64,000 nt of DNA from Nymphaea colorata (lineage: Eukaryota): contig NC_045138.2 in the NCBI RefSeq assembly GCF_008831285.2, positions 36,766,001 to 36,830,000 on the forward strand, read 5' to 3'. Of this stretch, positions 1 to 13,829 are shown in pieces; within the stretch, counting starts at the first letter, position 1; every line of letters starts with the position of its first letter. The notes beneath the pieces are model-generated. The model worked only from the letters and a program-made list of their open reading frames with translations, was not told the origin of the DNA and made no database searches. Both the position numbers and the translations under genes were made by a program.

Positions 1-193
1 TTAATCTGCGTGTACACTTGTCCACACGGTTTGTAAATGAGACTCTCCACTACTCCATCAGGCTGTAAAGGTAGCAAAAAGTTTCCCAACACAAATTCGA
101 CTGAGTTGCTACTAGGAAATGAACATCATATATGGAGACATCTGCCACCACAGTTGGCAGGCAAGGGGGTTGCAAGGATATAAAAAGTGGCCG

Positions 194-355
194 TAATCAA
201 CAAGATATCTGTGTGCTAGCTACTTTTAGCATGGATGGTTCAGTATATGTAAGTTTGTATACAACCACGTACATTAATCAACAAGATATCTGTGTGCTAG
301 CTACTTTTAGCATGGATGGTTCAGTATATGTAAGTTTGTATACAACCACGTACAT
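194..355. repeat. Perfect 81-bp tandem duplication (intronic, RPC4)
   Basis: taatcaacaagatatc...caaccacgtacat occurs at 194-274 and 275-355. Confidence 0.95.
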
Positions 356-887
356 CTGCATGGTTCGGGATGTGAATGCACACGCAGGGTTCACGATATT
401 TGGATGTTATGATCAACTTCTTTAGTCCTGACGTAGTGGTCAAATAAATGTCACATGAAATATTTTCACCATAGCTGATGGATCCAAAATACACTTAATA
501 ATACCACAAGCATAAACACATAAACATGGTTTCGCGACAAATCATTGAACGGACCATGTACGCAGAGGGTCCTTTCTAATTTTCATGCTGAAACAGATGC
601 ATATTGAGCCAAAGGGCCTGGGTCCTAATAGCATTAGTTAGAAGTTAATGTAAACACTGAGCCGCACTTCCTCCAGAAAGCGTCTTTCCTACCATAGTGA
701 TGTTTAATGAAGTATGCCTAATTAACGCAGGCAAAACAAGAGTACCTTGACATTCAGACGAATTTAAGCAAATGAAACACAAGAAACACATGAAGAAGGC
801 GCAACTTGCAGAGGAAAAAAAAAACTGGAAATCCTTCAGAATGTATTTCTGTGTGTGTGTGTGAGAAAGAGAGAGAGAGAGACAAAC

Positions 888-3800
888 ATCAAACAGAGCA
901 TCTCCAATTTTCATTTTGATGGTGCCATTTTCGTATACCATCATTTTCCCCACAGAGCCTGCCTGTAGATCTTGTAATTTGCAAGCTATTTGTGACCTAG
1001 AACCGGGGTCAGCTTCTTCTTCTTTACCCACGGCAGTAGCAGATCGTTTGAGCAAAGGTAAACTCACGGGAAACTGAAACAGGAACATCTGTGGTTCTGC
1101 CTTGTCCTCCTGTATGGTAAAAGTTTAGCCTGAAAATCGCATACACAGAAAAGCTAAAACATGACTATTGCCATGTAACACATCATGCAACTTAACCATC
1201 AAACCAAGCTCCACAGCTGCCTTTAGAGATTCTTCATCAGAAAGATTTGATGCAGAGGCTTCTCCAAACTCCTTTTCATCAAGAAGTTCTAGCGTACATC
1301 AAGAAAAAATGTTATATCATAAAAATCACTCCACAAAATAAATTAAGCATTTTTACCAACGAAAGCAACAAGACTGCTGAAAACGATAAACATACCAGGA
1401 TCCCCAGAGTATGGCCGTCTCAAAGGAACGGAAATAGGATAATATGAATAATAGTTCTGCAGAGGAAACACAAATAATTACCATTTGTGTCCTTTCCATA
1501 AGAGAGTTCATAGAAAAGGTTTTATGATGCAAGACAGAAACTTTGTTTCAAAAGGAAAAGATGCCACTCACAAACGGTTCTTCATATTCATCTTCAACTG
1601 CTGAGTCTGTGGATCCATTTCCATCTGCATGAAATGGCCATTGGATGAAAGATACCGTGAGCATACACAATACAACATATATATATGTGTGCGTGTGTCA
1701 AGAAAAGAAGAGATGGAAGTTACACTACCTAAAGCAGAAGCTGATTGGATGGATGTGCTCCTTGCGCCAAATCTGATCTGCTGTGGCCTGGAGGAACCAG
1801 CTGATTGACCATATCCAAATGCAACTTGCACTGGTGCAGCTGCCAAAAAAAAGAAATGAAAATGAGAAACAAGAATAATTGCACACTATACCTCCAAGCA
1901 TATTTCTTGTGTCTTAATTGTGACCACATGCATATGCTCTCACTAAGACAAACTGAAAGGTCCACCAGAACAGTTTGTACAGAGGCTATAAGATCAACAT
2001 AACATCACAGTTCAACCAAAACAATCTTACAAAGCAGGATCTTAAGGTCACCACCCTCTGTGCAAACCGAAGCAAGTAAAGGCTCTGAAGAGTTGTTTAC
2101 AGCCATGGGGTTTTAAGTTGCCAGAAATGAAACTAACTAACTACCAAGTGTCATGTCTCGGGCGCAGCTTCCACATGTTAGAAATGCATAAAAGAGAAAG
2201 GAAGTTAAGGTTCGCATATATTGGAATATAGGTTATGTTTTTTAAAGATAACTGAAAATGAGACCTAATGTTTGTAGGTACATTCACAAGGTCAACAGGT
2301 AATGACGACACCAGATGAATGCTTCCGAACAAAATTAGCAGGCCCTGACACCCCGTAGGTTGTACACTTCCAAATTCCAATACAATAACTTAGATCTCGA
2401 TCATGTATTGCACTATCAACTTTGAAGTTCTGACGTCCACACCTTTTCCTCATTTCCCCTCTCATGTCACAAAAAACACATGCATGCACATATGCAGAAA
2501 CACATGCCAGCGTATGGTGGTTCAGAACTATATTGGACCATTACAGCTCATAGCAATCAATTGAAAGTCATAAGTAGATACTATTGTTTGTGTGATGTAA
2601 ACATTCAATGCAAGACTAACCAGATAGATAGTTAATTAGGTTGATTAAACTAAATTGCAGGTTCCGCCATGATCAATGCAATGATGGACCAACCAAAATA
2701 CCACAGTGGGGAAGACGAAGATGGGAACAAACAGTTTGAAGCACAATGTTGGAGGTAAATCATCACATCAAGACAGTGATGAACAAATCAACCATGACAT
2801 TTTTTAATGACATCCATTTTTTGTTTTTCAGATTTATATAGATTAATACCAAAGTTTATTACCCTTGCAGAAGAATCCAATTTCTTCATCAACAAATCTT
2901 TAAGAAATAAGAAAATTCAAGTAAAAAATGAGTTTAAAGAAAAATCTGCAAGTTTTTTGTATGAAGAAGTGGATATATCCTTGGAGAAAGAGAAATATTT
3001 AGTCCAAGAAGACAAGAAACGTCCACCAGAAATCAAAGTGAGAAAAAAAAACAACGAATTGGTATGATTACTGCTGGAACGAAATTTAGCAGAGTTGTGT
3101 AAAGAAGGCTTGTCTTCAGTAAAGAAACCAATCTTCCAGGATGATAGAGGGCATAACAACTTCCAGGATACAAAAAGGGCTTTTTGCTTCAAAGAGAGAG
3201 ACTCATGGGATAAAGATCAAAATGTCTATGCTAGTAAACAGCAAATAAAACAAAAGAGGTTGTTGAAGATTCTAGCTATCCAGGGTGAGACTCTAGGTTC
3301 ACAAAGCTGCATTGACAGATCCACGGACTCTCATAAAGAATTTGCTCTAGGTAATTTTTGTAAAGGAAAAAGATTAACTCACGAAGTAAAGGCTTCCATG
3401 AAGGACTCCAGAATCAAAATAAAACACTTTTAAGTTTTATTAGCCTAGGACTCGATGATTGTTTGGTCAACTTTAAGCATGTAGTTTGTGAAATAGGTTA
3501 AAACGAACAAAATTATTCCATGTTCCTGCGTCATTTGCTATTCATTATACCAATTCAAGTATAGGGATTAAAACAAATAGTCCTTTACCAACATAAACTC
3601 TGCTGTTATGCTGAAATCCATGCAAGGCTCAAGTTTTAATGGAAAAGGATAACGGTGAGTTCAAAATTGCTCATGGGAAAAGAGGTGAAACAAAGATTAA
3701 AGACAAACATAACCTATTAACAAGAAAACACACAGGAACTCCAAGAATGTGGATTCCTCATTTGGCAGAACAGATATGATCGCCTAATGGATCAGTAGAT

Positions 3801-4407
3801 TTTTGCGTAAAAAAGAAACATGACTATAAGGTGTACCCTTTCTCTCAGTTTTGTTTTTTCTACTCCTCGGGTCCTCCTGAGATTGCTGCACAGTCCAATT
3901 TAACAACAAGTGTTAATCACTAAAAGTAGACGACCGAAAGAAATGAAGTAGGATGGATAGAACACGACCACGCAGCCGCAATCAAGAGCCCACTTTCAAT
4001 CCTTCAGGACCTTCGCGATGCATATCAGGTGAAAAAGGTTATGATGATAGGAATTTAAGTACCTTCACGAGCTTGAGCAATTCATCAGACAAAGTTGCAT
4101 CACCTAACTCAGCCACTTCACTGAAGAAGGGAAAAATAATTATATACAATTTTTAAAACAGAACATGGGAGAGACAGATAGAGAGAGAGAGAACAGAATC
4201 AAACGAAAAGCTGCAAGTCAGGTGAACTCACGATTTAGGGGCAACAGGTTTAGGCGGTTTCCGTGGAGGGATTTTTGGTTTGAATTGGAACTGCAAGACA
4301 TAACATACATGTTCAAGTGCAAATTTGGAGGCCAACTTATACAGCAATTAAAAGAAGCCGAATATTGAACTAACCATTGCACGGCGATTGTTGGAGTTAT
4401 CTCCCAT
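888..4407 (-). CDS. RPC4: DNA-directed RNA polymerase III subunit RPC4 (3'-partial; final exon presumably left of the window)
   Basis: GT-AG exons with consistent phases: 4407-4375, 4290-4232, 4120-4063, 3885-3837, 1839-1729, 1624-1572, 1456-1396, 1288-1197, 1109-888. Spliced product MGDNSNNRRAMFQFKPKIPPRKPP...AAPVQVAFG...YYSYYPISVPLRRPYSGDPELLDEKEFGE...MFLFQFPVSLP...CKLQDLQAGSVGKMMVYENGTIKMKIGDALFD carries the plant RPC4/RPC53 motifs. No terminal exon found in 1-887. Confidence 0.92.
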
Positions 4408-5141
4408 GACTGCTCCTACAAAATTTTACAACTTAGACTCAAACTTTGTGGTTTTTTAATACAATTCAAAGCAGTTGGCAGACAAAACTGGTTGTCAAGT
4501 CGCCATTCCCAATAAGGCCAAGTAGTTCGACATGCCACATGGAAGTCAGAAAGCGATAATCAGTAAACAGAGTAATTCGACTAAAATGAGGCATGTTCTA
4601 TCAGTTCAAGAGCACCCAAAGAACTTGTAGGATGACCAGGTATATAGACCAGTCCAAAGCTCTTTATCTTTCGAGCATAAAAATAACCGACGGCCCACCA
4701 GAGAGCCCTTTCCAACTGAGCGAGAGAGAGGGAAATACCCTCTTGACCTGCCAAACAAGAGAGGGCTGCGACACCCCTAGTAACCAGAAGGGTGCCACGG
4801 CGCCCTTCCCGTTCAGAGAGAAAGAAAAACGAGGGTGGGAGAGACCTTTGAAGGATGAAGACGCCAGTGAACAATACAGTGAAGGACGCCGGCAAACAAT
4901 ACAGTGAAGGACGCTGACAACGAGGAGCAGCTTCGTGAAAGGGCAAATCGGAGGAGATTTGGGGCGACGGAACTCTTCGCTCCACAAAATCTCCTTTTGA
5001 CGGAAATAAATTCTCTTTTTTAACAAGGAACCCCAGTGAAAAACTTTCTTCTCATGTTTGTTTCCCAATAAGAACTATCATTTTCCAGGCAAGATGAAGG
5101 TTGAAACTAATGGTGCCTTAGATCAAAGCTTGGTTCTATAA

Positions 5142-7250
5142 GGGCCTGTTTGATTGTCGGGTGAAATTTAACGTGGTAAATTTACCATAGTAAATTTTTC
5201 TGAAAAAATTTGCATGATGAAATTTCTCTCTCTTCCAATCTGAAGCTCTGTTTGATGCACAAGAAGAATTTAATGTGGTAAATTTAACCCTGTTTGATGC
5301 ACATGAATAATTTAACGTGGTAAATGTTGTTTTTTTTTTCTTCTCCTCCCATGTAGAATGTTGTTCAACGTGACTGCGTCTTTCCCAGTTGCATGAGATT
5401 CGCCATATACCTCGGCAAACTCATCATAGTATCTCCATACTTTTGGCCCTCTGTACTTTTTCCTATTCAGATATTTCTAAAAAAATTCATGTGTTCATAT
5501 ATGACACAAACAAAAACATGTGTGACAAAACCTAACAGTATGAATTGTATAATTTACCTCAATGTAGTCATTCCATACTTGGGGGTCGACCTCAATACAT
5601 TTGTTAGTTGGGTCGTAGCCAAACCCACTTGTATTCAACATTTCCTTCATCACTGACAAGTTGGGTTTGGACTTCAATTTGTTTTTTATTTTGTCTTTAG
5701 TGAATTTAGGACCAGATCTTTCAATCATGCTTTTTTCAATAGCTGTGTATGCTCCATCATGCTTTTTTCAATAGCTGTGTATGCTTTAGGCTTCAAACCT
5801 CCACCAGATTTCATGTCATGCATGCGTGACTGCTCCACAAGAAGCTAAACTAAGTAATCAATTTGTGGTTCAGTCCACGTAAGATTTTCCCCTGAAGGAC
5901 CGCTGTCTTCCATGGTAACGTTTTCTACAAAAAGAAGTTGTTCTGTCTATGAAGATGAATCAAAACAGGTCTGAAGTGCAGTAAACATTTTCAACACTAG
6001 CCGTTCAAATGTGGCATTTAAGGTTCTCTTCTCGGCCTTTTTACTCTTTTAACCGTAAAAAATAATAGAAATAGAACATGCACAATAGTTGATCTCACAG
6101 CTGTTCTTAGTTTATGACTTAGAATCTCTCTCGCATAGCATGGTCAGTTAAGTGCTAATCTTTTGCACCCAAATGTCGTAGCTCAAGTGGTAATCAATGA
6201 TTACAATGAATAAAATAGAGTTACTCTATACGAAGTTTCACAGCAGGAAATGGGAAAAAATTATTTTACTGTCTTTTGGCTTTCTTCTGCAACGCAAGAC
6301 TTAAAACAAGCAAACCAACAAAGAATTCCAGAATTCAGTTTCACAAACTCAGCCACAGGAAATGACAGAAATACAGGCATCTGGGTCTGATTTTTCCATC
6401 CCTCCATTACACAATATAGCAAAAAATAAAATTGAAATTTGAACTAGATAAACTCAAGGTATAAGAGATGGCTACAGAAATCAGCAATGCGAAACGAAGG
6501 AATTCAAAAACTATGATGAATGAGAAAAATAAAAAACTAGAGGAATGCCCTAATCGGTGGTTCAGAAGTTTGCCCTGACGCGAGAGAGAGAGGAATTTAC
6601 CTGGCAGATGTCCCTCCTGCTCGACCCTGGCAATGAAAGAAGGTTAGAGAGATGTCTGGCTAGCTCGATCGTGGCGGAGAAAAAAGGCGGCAGAACGGTG
6701 ACGGAATGAGAGAATGTTACAGAAAACTCTCAACAGCATATAGGTATGGTCAACAAAATCGATCGTAGAAAGAGAGAGAGACTCTCCCACCTCTTGACGA
6801 GAAGAAAAAATTGTGTTAAGAAGCCCTAAAAAGCAAGGGGAACAATAAAGATGAACAATCGATAGATTACCACTTGCAGCAAACTAAGATGCCTCTTGCA
6901 AACCCTAGAATGAATCAGATGGATCAACGATAGGGAGGAGAGCCACAACGTCAATTTGATACGAGATCTGGCAAGCAGTAAGAGGGAGATTAAGTAGACA
7001 AGAGGGAAAGGGAGAAAGAGAAGTCATCAGCAAGAGCAAGAGAGAAAGCGAACCGGCGGAGGAGCGGAGCGGCGACGCCTCTGGTGCAACGGTGAGAAGG
7101 CAGGAATGAGGGGTGCTATACGGGCTTCGAAAAGAAAATGTGGAGCTCCATTTTACGTTAAACGGGTGAAATTTCACCCCGTTTGTTTCAAACGTTTTCA
7201 GTCGGGCGGGTCATATTTCAACATCTTCCAGATATTTCACCCCACCCTAA
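5142..7250. mobile_element. Degenerate PIF/Harbinger DNA transposon
   Basis: TAA (5139-5141) is followed by the PIF-type terminus GGGCCTGTTTG (5142-5152). Subterminal repeats of tgtttgatgcac and aatttaacgtggtaaatt follow, then an internal Myb/SANT-like pseudo-ORF. Inverted subterminal-like motifs (aaatttcacccc) lie at about 7150-7250. No intact right TIR or DDE transposase ORF seen, so the right boundary is uncertain. Confidence 0.75.
5340..5913 (-). pseudogene. Harbinger ORF1-type Myb/SANT-like DNA-binding protein, disrupted
   Basis: Translates as MEDSGPSGENLTWTEPQIDYLV*LLVEQ...GGGLKPKAYTAIEKSM, then FTKDKIKNKLK...MLNTSGFGYDPTNKCIEVDPQVWNDYIE, an intron, then KYLNRKKYRGPKVWRYYDEFAEVYGESHATGKDA. 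It has an in-frame TAG and a frameshifting 32-bp duplication (5724-5785). Confidence 0.8.
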
Positions 7251-7318
7251 GGATCCGAATCCAGACCACCCATTTAATGACTACATGACAGAGCTGCATT
7301 TAAACAAATTAGTCGTAT

Positions 7319-7320
<2 letters not shown>

Positions 7321-7352
<32 letters not shown>

Positions 7353-7444
7353 GTTACAGATAAATATATAAAAGAAACTCTTTTTCTTAGTGGCTGACAT
7401 AAGTGAATGCATAGCCAACCATGTAATTGTTTGTCACCTTCCCG

Positions 7445-7479
<35 letters not shown>
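7321..7479. repeat. (AG)n and (AT)n microsatellites
   Basis: (AG)n at 7321-7349 and (AT)n at about 7446-7479. Confidence 0.9.
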
Positions 7480-7480
<1 letters not shown>

Positions 7481-9687
7481 CAACTTTGAATGGAAATATC
7501 AAATAAAATTAGGTTCTGGTCGTTCCCCAAGTACAGAAGAACTTAATATCTGTACACATGCTTACTGAGGATCCACCCTTATCTTCTGAGTCCTATGTTG
7601 ATCAGTTCTTTTCATGGGTTAATTTAAATATTATGCTATGTTGGTTGGCTGATGATCTTACACCATTCCGTGGTGAAGAATCGTTTGCCGCTTTCTATTA
7701 AAACTTCAAGCCGTACGACAGAGGATGAGATTCATGAGCACACAATTTTTTGAATTTTTCCAAACTACAGGGTAGTTGCAAATTTTGCATAGATTTGGCT
7801 CATCAACCGCCTAAAGACGCAAGTATGGAGTAGTTTCATGCTTGTGGTAAAAAACCGGAAGCTACTTTCTAGTCAAGAACTCTCTGGTTATATGCATGTA
7901 ACATGCTCTTTAACATCTACCATCAATAAACAGACAATGACGATGACGATGACAATGAATGACTTATTTTCACCATCTTCCATGGCCATGGCCATGATGC
8001 AATGCAGCCATAACATGCATCCATCCCCATGTCACGACCGCTTCCGAATCGGGATTGATGGCACCTTACATGATGATGGTTACATGTCATGTCATGGTGA
8101 TTGAGTGGGGAAAAAAAAAAATCTGACAGTCATTACTCTAACACTAGCATACCAGAGAAGCACATGCCGATGACATAAAAATGAATACCTCCCGAATAAA
8201 CATTTTTCTCATATTTTTTAAATTAACAAATTTCAAAAATGCCCTAACGTTTTTGTGAAATTGTGCAATCACCCCGAAACTTCAATACAATTATACAATT
8301 GGGTTAAAGTTAAAAGTTGAAATGTTCAACGGTCAGCCTTTTGTGATAAGAATATTAATATGTGTGAATACTGACCATTTTAATTATTAGTTGAGCCAGA
8401 AATATAAACCTAGAACCAGACTTGAACTAGTTGCAAATTAAAACCCCTTGTCTGTATTGCATCTTGGGGTTTCCCAGTAGCAAATTTCTGCGAGATTCAA
8501 ACTGAGACTGCTCCTCTGACACTCATAAATCCGCCTCTGACATTCATATTCCATCTTCTTCATGATTTAATGATTTGGGTGTTCCTCTTCCTACCTGGAT
8601 CCCAAAGCAACTTTAAATCAAGAAGGGAAAGTCCATTGATTTCAGCCTCTCATTCAATCGCCGTCTTCTGAATGATTTTAAATTTCAAATTCATGTCAGT
8701 GATATGCGTGGCCATTCTTTTCGTTAACAGTTTTCACATGTTTTAGTCATTGTGCAATATTAACCTTTTTTTTTTATAGTTGAACACTATTATATGTGCA
8801 TCTGACATGCATTTTTCTACTCCATTGGGTAAAATCTTCATACCACTCACGGAATTGAATTGAAATAGTAACACACGACCAATGTTTAATCAATTTGAAT
8901 TTGGGACAGCTATTCGAAATGAAACTCTTAAAAGAAATATTTATTATTTTAATATCAGCGGATACATAACTATGTCTTTTGGATTGTAGCAAGAACGATA
9001 CGAGGAAACCGCAACGGCTCAGACTGTAGATCATCTAACTCCAAGACGGCCACAGCTCATCCTCATCATTGTCAACTCTTTTGGATCTAGCTGATCAGCC
9101 CAAAATTTTGACCCAGGAAACCAGGGGAATCTTTGAAATTTCAATGCCAAACAGGACTTCAGCAAATTCTTTGGGTAGTTCCATTCTGCAATTATAAAGT
9201 GAACAAAGTTAAGACTTTTTTTTTGCCAATTATAACTCGCATCTACTTATCGTCACATGGCCAACATGCGTTGTATCCAAGATCTTAGTTTTTCCTATAA
9301 AACTTGAAAGGCCGACCTACTTGTGAACCTCAATTTTTTCCTTCTTTTCTATTCATGTGCAACATTTTCTAACCGTACTATACGTCACTAAACATTTTTA
9401 ATGTCTCTTTTATTTTCAATGCATATTTAATGAAAACCAAACCTTCGACTCTAGAGTCTTTTTCTTTTTTTAATAAATGAAAAATCAGATTCTAACGCGG
9501 TTTTCGGCCTACAAAATATTCTACCCGGTGCATGAAAAAACATAACTTTGTTTTCATCTTCATCTTTCTGGACGAAATTAATATCATACTTGTGATATAC
9601 TTACTTTTCATCAGAAAAGCACTTATTCGTTACGAGATATATAACTATCTCATCACAGTTTCCAGTACGCCTCATGGAAATGCACAG

Positions 9688-9718
<31 letters not shown>

Positions 9719-12700
9719 AGGTTGACGATGGCGATAGTCGAAAGCATTAATGAGCTTTAATTAATTACTGGTTGTATTTCGATGGCAGCTCAGATATATT
9801 GTCCGTTCTCATTATAATTTATTCCACAGTCCATCCACGACTCTACGATCATAATGGTGATGTTGATGATGATGGTACGACGACGACGATGATGATGATG
9901 TTGGTGGTCGGAAAAGCCAGATGTCATGCAGAGTTAGTCACCATGCATCTCCGCTAGCTGGTGCATGTGTTCATGCAGGCATGCATGCTCTTCCCCAATA
10001 TCTCTTCTTTCTTGTCATGAAAATATGTGCATTTGAGCTCTCGAATGCATTGCCTTCCTGTCTGAGCTCTTCTGTTCCACTTCCGGCGAAGACTTCATTA
10101 TATCCTAGGAAGCAAAAACAGGGGAAAAGAAAGGAAAAGAAGACAGGCCATGTGATATATAGTCCTCATCCTTTTCGAGTTTCCTTCTAACGATGCACAG
10201 ATTTTCATGGGAAGGACAGATCCCTGCAGAAGACTAGAGAGAGTAAATGAGGCAAATTTCTTGGGGCTGCCTCATTGGCCATCCCCAGACTTGGGTTGAA
10301 TGAGGCATTGAATGCATTGAGGCGCTTAAAAGGGAGGGAAGGGTGTCCCTTCTTTTGAAGGGCAGTAGGATCGAAGAGACCTTCAATTGCCCTGACATGG
10401 GTGTCCCCAAACGTGTGCCCGTCTTCCCCTCTCTCACATGTTCCTTAGGTACTGCCCTTCCTTGGCCAGCCCCCCTTTAGCCCTCTCCCGTCTCCGTCTT
10501 TGGGGTTTATGATCTGCACCTGCTTCTAGGGTTTAGGGTTGGTCGAAAAGGTCCGCCATGGTGATAAATGAATGAATCACCTGTTAGAGATGCCGGCCAG
10601 TGGGTGGAAAACTTTTGCCTTTTTTAAAATGCTTTCTTTCATCACTTGTTCACTTAAATGTGTGTTGGAAGATCTATGCATGCAATATGAAGGGTTTGAA
10701 AATTGTTGACACATGCAATCAGTAGAGTAAAGAAGGTTCTAAATACCAATTGGACACAGACAGTCATACATATAAATATATGAACCGGCTTCTTTTCAAG
10801 CCAACTTGGTCCAAAACTTTTATGTTTTACCAACTTGAGACTATTGTATCTACCTATGGGCAGCAAAGTGTACCTTGCAAATGGTATCTGCAGTCTTTGG
10901 CAGAGAACTCATTCTTAATACAACAGGTTATAAATTCTGTTAACAAATCCTGTTTGCAGAGATATTAATTAGTTGGCTGTATGGCTCTCTTCATTCGAAG
11001 CAGCCTCTTGTTTTCCGGTAGAAATGTGCTAGATTCTGATTGGAAGAGTTAAAAGCCTGGAACCCACCTCCATCCTTTGCATGGGAATTGCCAAGGCACC
11101 GGTTGCAACTGAGAGAGCAGAGGCCTCGCCAAAATTATGAGAGGTAAAACGATGGTGCGGAAGGAAAATGTGCCGTGTCAGAAATGGTGACACTCAGATA
11201 TAACAACACTTATTCCTTTGCAGCCTCTGTACCAATTTACCAAGCATAGAAATAAATGCAAAAATAAAGTCATAGTTGCTTTCTAGGCGGGTACGGCTCA
11301 TTCATGTCATTCAATGCCTCCGAGTCCTTAGCTGTTCACGCTATGCTCGCCGTGGATGGGATCGAGATCGAGTTCACCAAACATTGCGGAAGAGATCTTG
11401 AACTTGGTAGCGTTTTAACGATTGATTTTGTGAACTTGGAGCATCGATACTTCAATTATATATCCTGAGTTTTTGTTAGGAAAAGGTGGTTGAGATGATC
11501 CAATTGTTTGTGTGTAACTGCGATTAATTACTACATCCATAATGAGCCAATTGTTTATCAGATCCTTATCATTCTCTCTTCATAATCGTGATCAACTTAA
11601 GAAAATATTATGCGTATAGGCCCATCAGAGATTGGTGCAGTGATATCTCAAAGTCTGGGTCTCTAGATATTGAAAATCAACGGCCGACGACGGAAACGCC
11701 CACATTTGGCAGACAGATCGTCCTGTAAAGTAGACGTTGACAGGTTGAGTTAGATCCATGATCACTCAGAAGTCAGACATGATTCATTCTAAGTATAATT
11801 TGGAAGAAAAGGAAACGTATGTTTTCAGTATATTCTAATCCTCTTTAGGTTCTACTTTATTACTATAATTTGAAAGCCACCAACGTGACTTGCAAGGGGG
11901 ATTTTGCAGACCCACCAACAAGGAAATTTCACATCTTTTAGAATATCTTTATCATGAAAAATCGAATAAATGTTTTATTTCAAGTTTGGGACTTTGTTGA
12001 CCGAACTTTTACTAAGATACGTGTTGGGAGACTTTCTGTTTTTATGTGAATAATGCGTTGGCATTTTGGAAAGTTAACTAACTTTCAAAGCAAGCAAAGT
12101 TGAGGAAATCATTATGTCACAGCCTACCCTTCAAGCTGCCTCTTAAAGGTCCATCCATTGAGAAAATTTTTAAAATTAAAAAAGAAAGCTTGTCTGCTAA
12201 AGATTGTTCAACTCAATCGGATTTTTCGGTACCAACTTCCTTATGTCATGATTTCGTCAAAGAAACCTATGATCAGGCAAGGTACGCGACCCAGATCACG
12301 GAATCGAGTGGAAAAAACACAACCAAGTTCATGAACTCGATCACAATGTTTTTCTATTGCAATCACATTATAGGTGATGATGAACTCGGCCTCTTTATTG
12401 CATAGTGACCGATGATGCGCGCGAGTCTTGCTCCTTTGGATCTAAAGGGAGAAACTTTGGATCTTGGTCATCATTCAGGTGATGCCGAATGTCCCAACTT
12501 GCTACACTTTTGACCGTGCGAACTGAAAATCAAATCAAACAGTCTTGAATCCCAATGAGAGTCACATACTCCCAATAAAATTTGGCTCACATTCCCACAA
12601 AAAGCTGAGGCAAATCTCTATTACCAGATATGGATTAGTAAAATTACTGCGGTTAAGCGCCTTTTTTTGTTAGAGGGAGGGGAAGAATGTTTCCCCTTTC

Positions 12701-13829
12701 TTAGCATCTGACCTTTTGTCTGCTGTAAATTCATCTGTATAAGGACCACCGCAGACGAAGACACCCTAAACGAAAAGTGATCAGAAGCTAGCTTCGACCA
12801 ACATGGTAGAATCCTCTTAATGGGGGCTTCATCAGTCACAACGGATCAAGAAGCTGGTCATGATCTCCCTTCTCGACCAAGCCAAGATCCTCACTGCCAC
12901 TGGAGTGGGCGCTGTGGGGCTTTCTGGATACACCATTCTTCTCAAGCCAACACAGACAGAATCGTGTAATTCTTCTCAAACAAACACACAGACAGAACGC
13001 GTCCACCTATCTTGAGTTCGAGACTTCGAAATATCAGGTGCGGTTCCTTAATTAGAAGGAAAAAGGAAAAGAAAGTACCCAAGTTCGATGGTGCTTCCAA
13101 AATGTTTGTTTGAACTTCATGAATGGCAAATGAAGCCAAACGAGAAGGGAGAGCAGAGGTGAAGAGTGTCACAGACCCATGTTTTAAGGGAAAGGGACCC
13201 TTCCAAGCTGACTGATGTGTCTCGTGGTATGGAAAGAGTGCCAAGAGCTTTGTCCTCTTCACAGATACTGTTGTCCATCCTGCCTGCTAATTCACATCCA
13301 TTTTGGCATCTTCCACTCAATAATTGAATTCTGAACATGTAAAGGGAAAAGGGGTTCCTAATCACATCTTTGACGTATTGGGTTTTCTCATAATTTTGTT
13401 TTGTTCACAATTCACAAGACTTGATCGCCAAGAGAGAGAGAGAGAGAGAGCTTGTAACTTTAAGTCCTACCAACTTTTCTCTTCCAACCTCAGAATCCAT
13501 CAAAATATGGAACCTGTCCATATGAAAGCTGATGGTGCCAAGAGGAATCAAACAAAAACCAATTTTGCATAAGAGTATCAGAGAGAAAGGAACAGCAGCG
13601 GCAAAAAAATGTAGCGGTATCATAAACAGGAAAACCCCTGTGCATGCAGCAAACGAACTCCAAACTGCTCGACTGTAGAAAAATTTACATTTTTGAGAAA
13701 AAAAAATGCCATCTCTAATGCAGTACATCATCCTCAGATTGAAAAGAAGGGGTAAAAAAAGCGGGGGAAAAGGGATTTGGTGTAGAAGAGAAGAAATAAG
13801 AAGAGGCGGTCAGGGATTCCCATGGCCGG

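Noticed and set aside
132..425. 97-aa ORF with an internal repeat
   Set aside because: It results from the 81-bp intronic duplication and is antisense within an RPC4 intron.
2690..3430. ORFs in RPC4 intron 4, with a faint LINE-like VSWKLLCP motif
   Set aside because: A single weak motif with no reverse-transcriptase core, too little to call.
4581..5068. Overlapping 104-134 aa ORFs
   Set aside because: They cover the presumed RPC4 leader/promoter region and contain no recognisable domain.
13141..13275. Possible miRNA hairpin (gtgaagag...ctcttcac)
   Set aside because: Only an 8-bp inverted match, with no match to the conserved plant miRNAs I recall.
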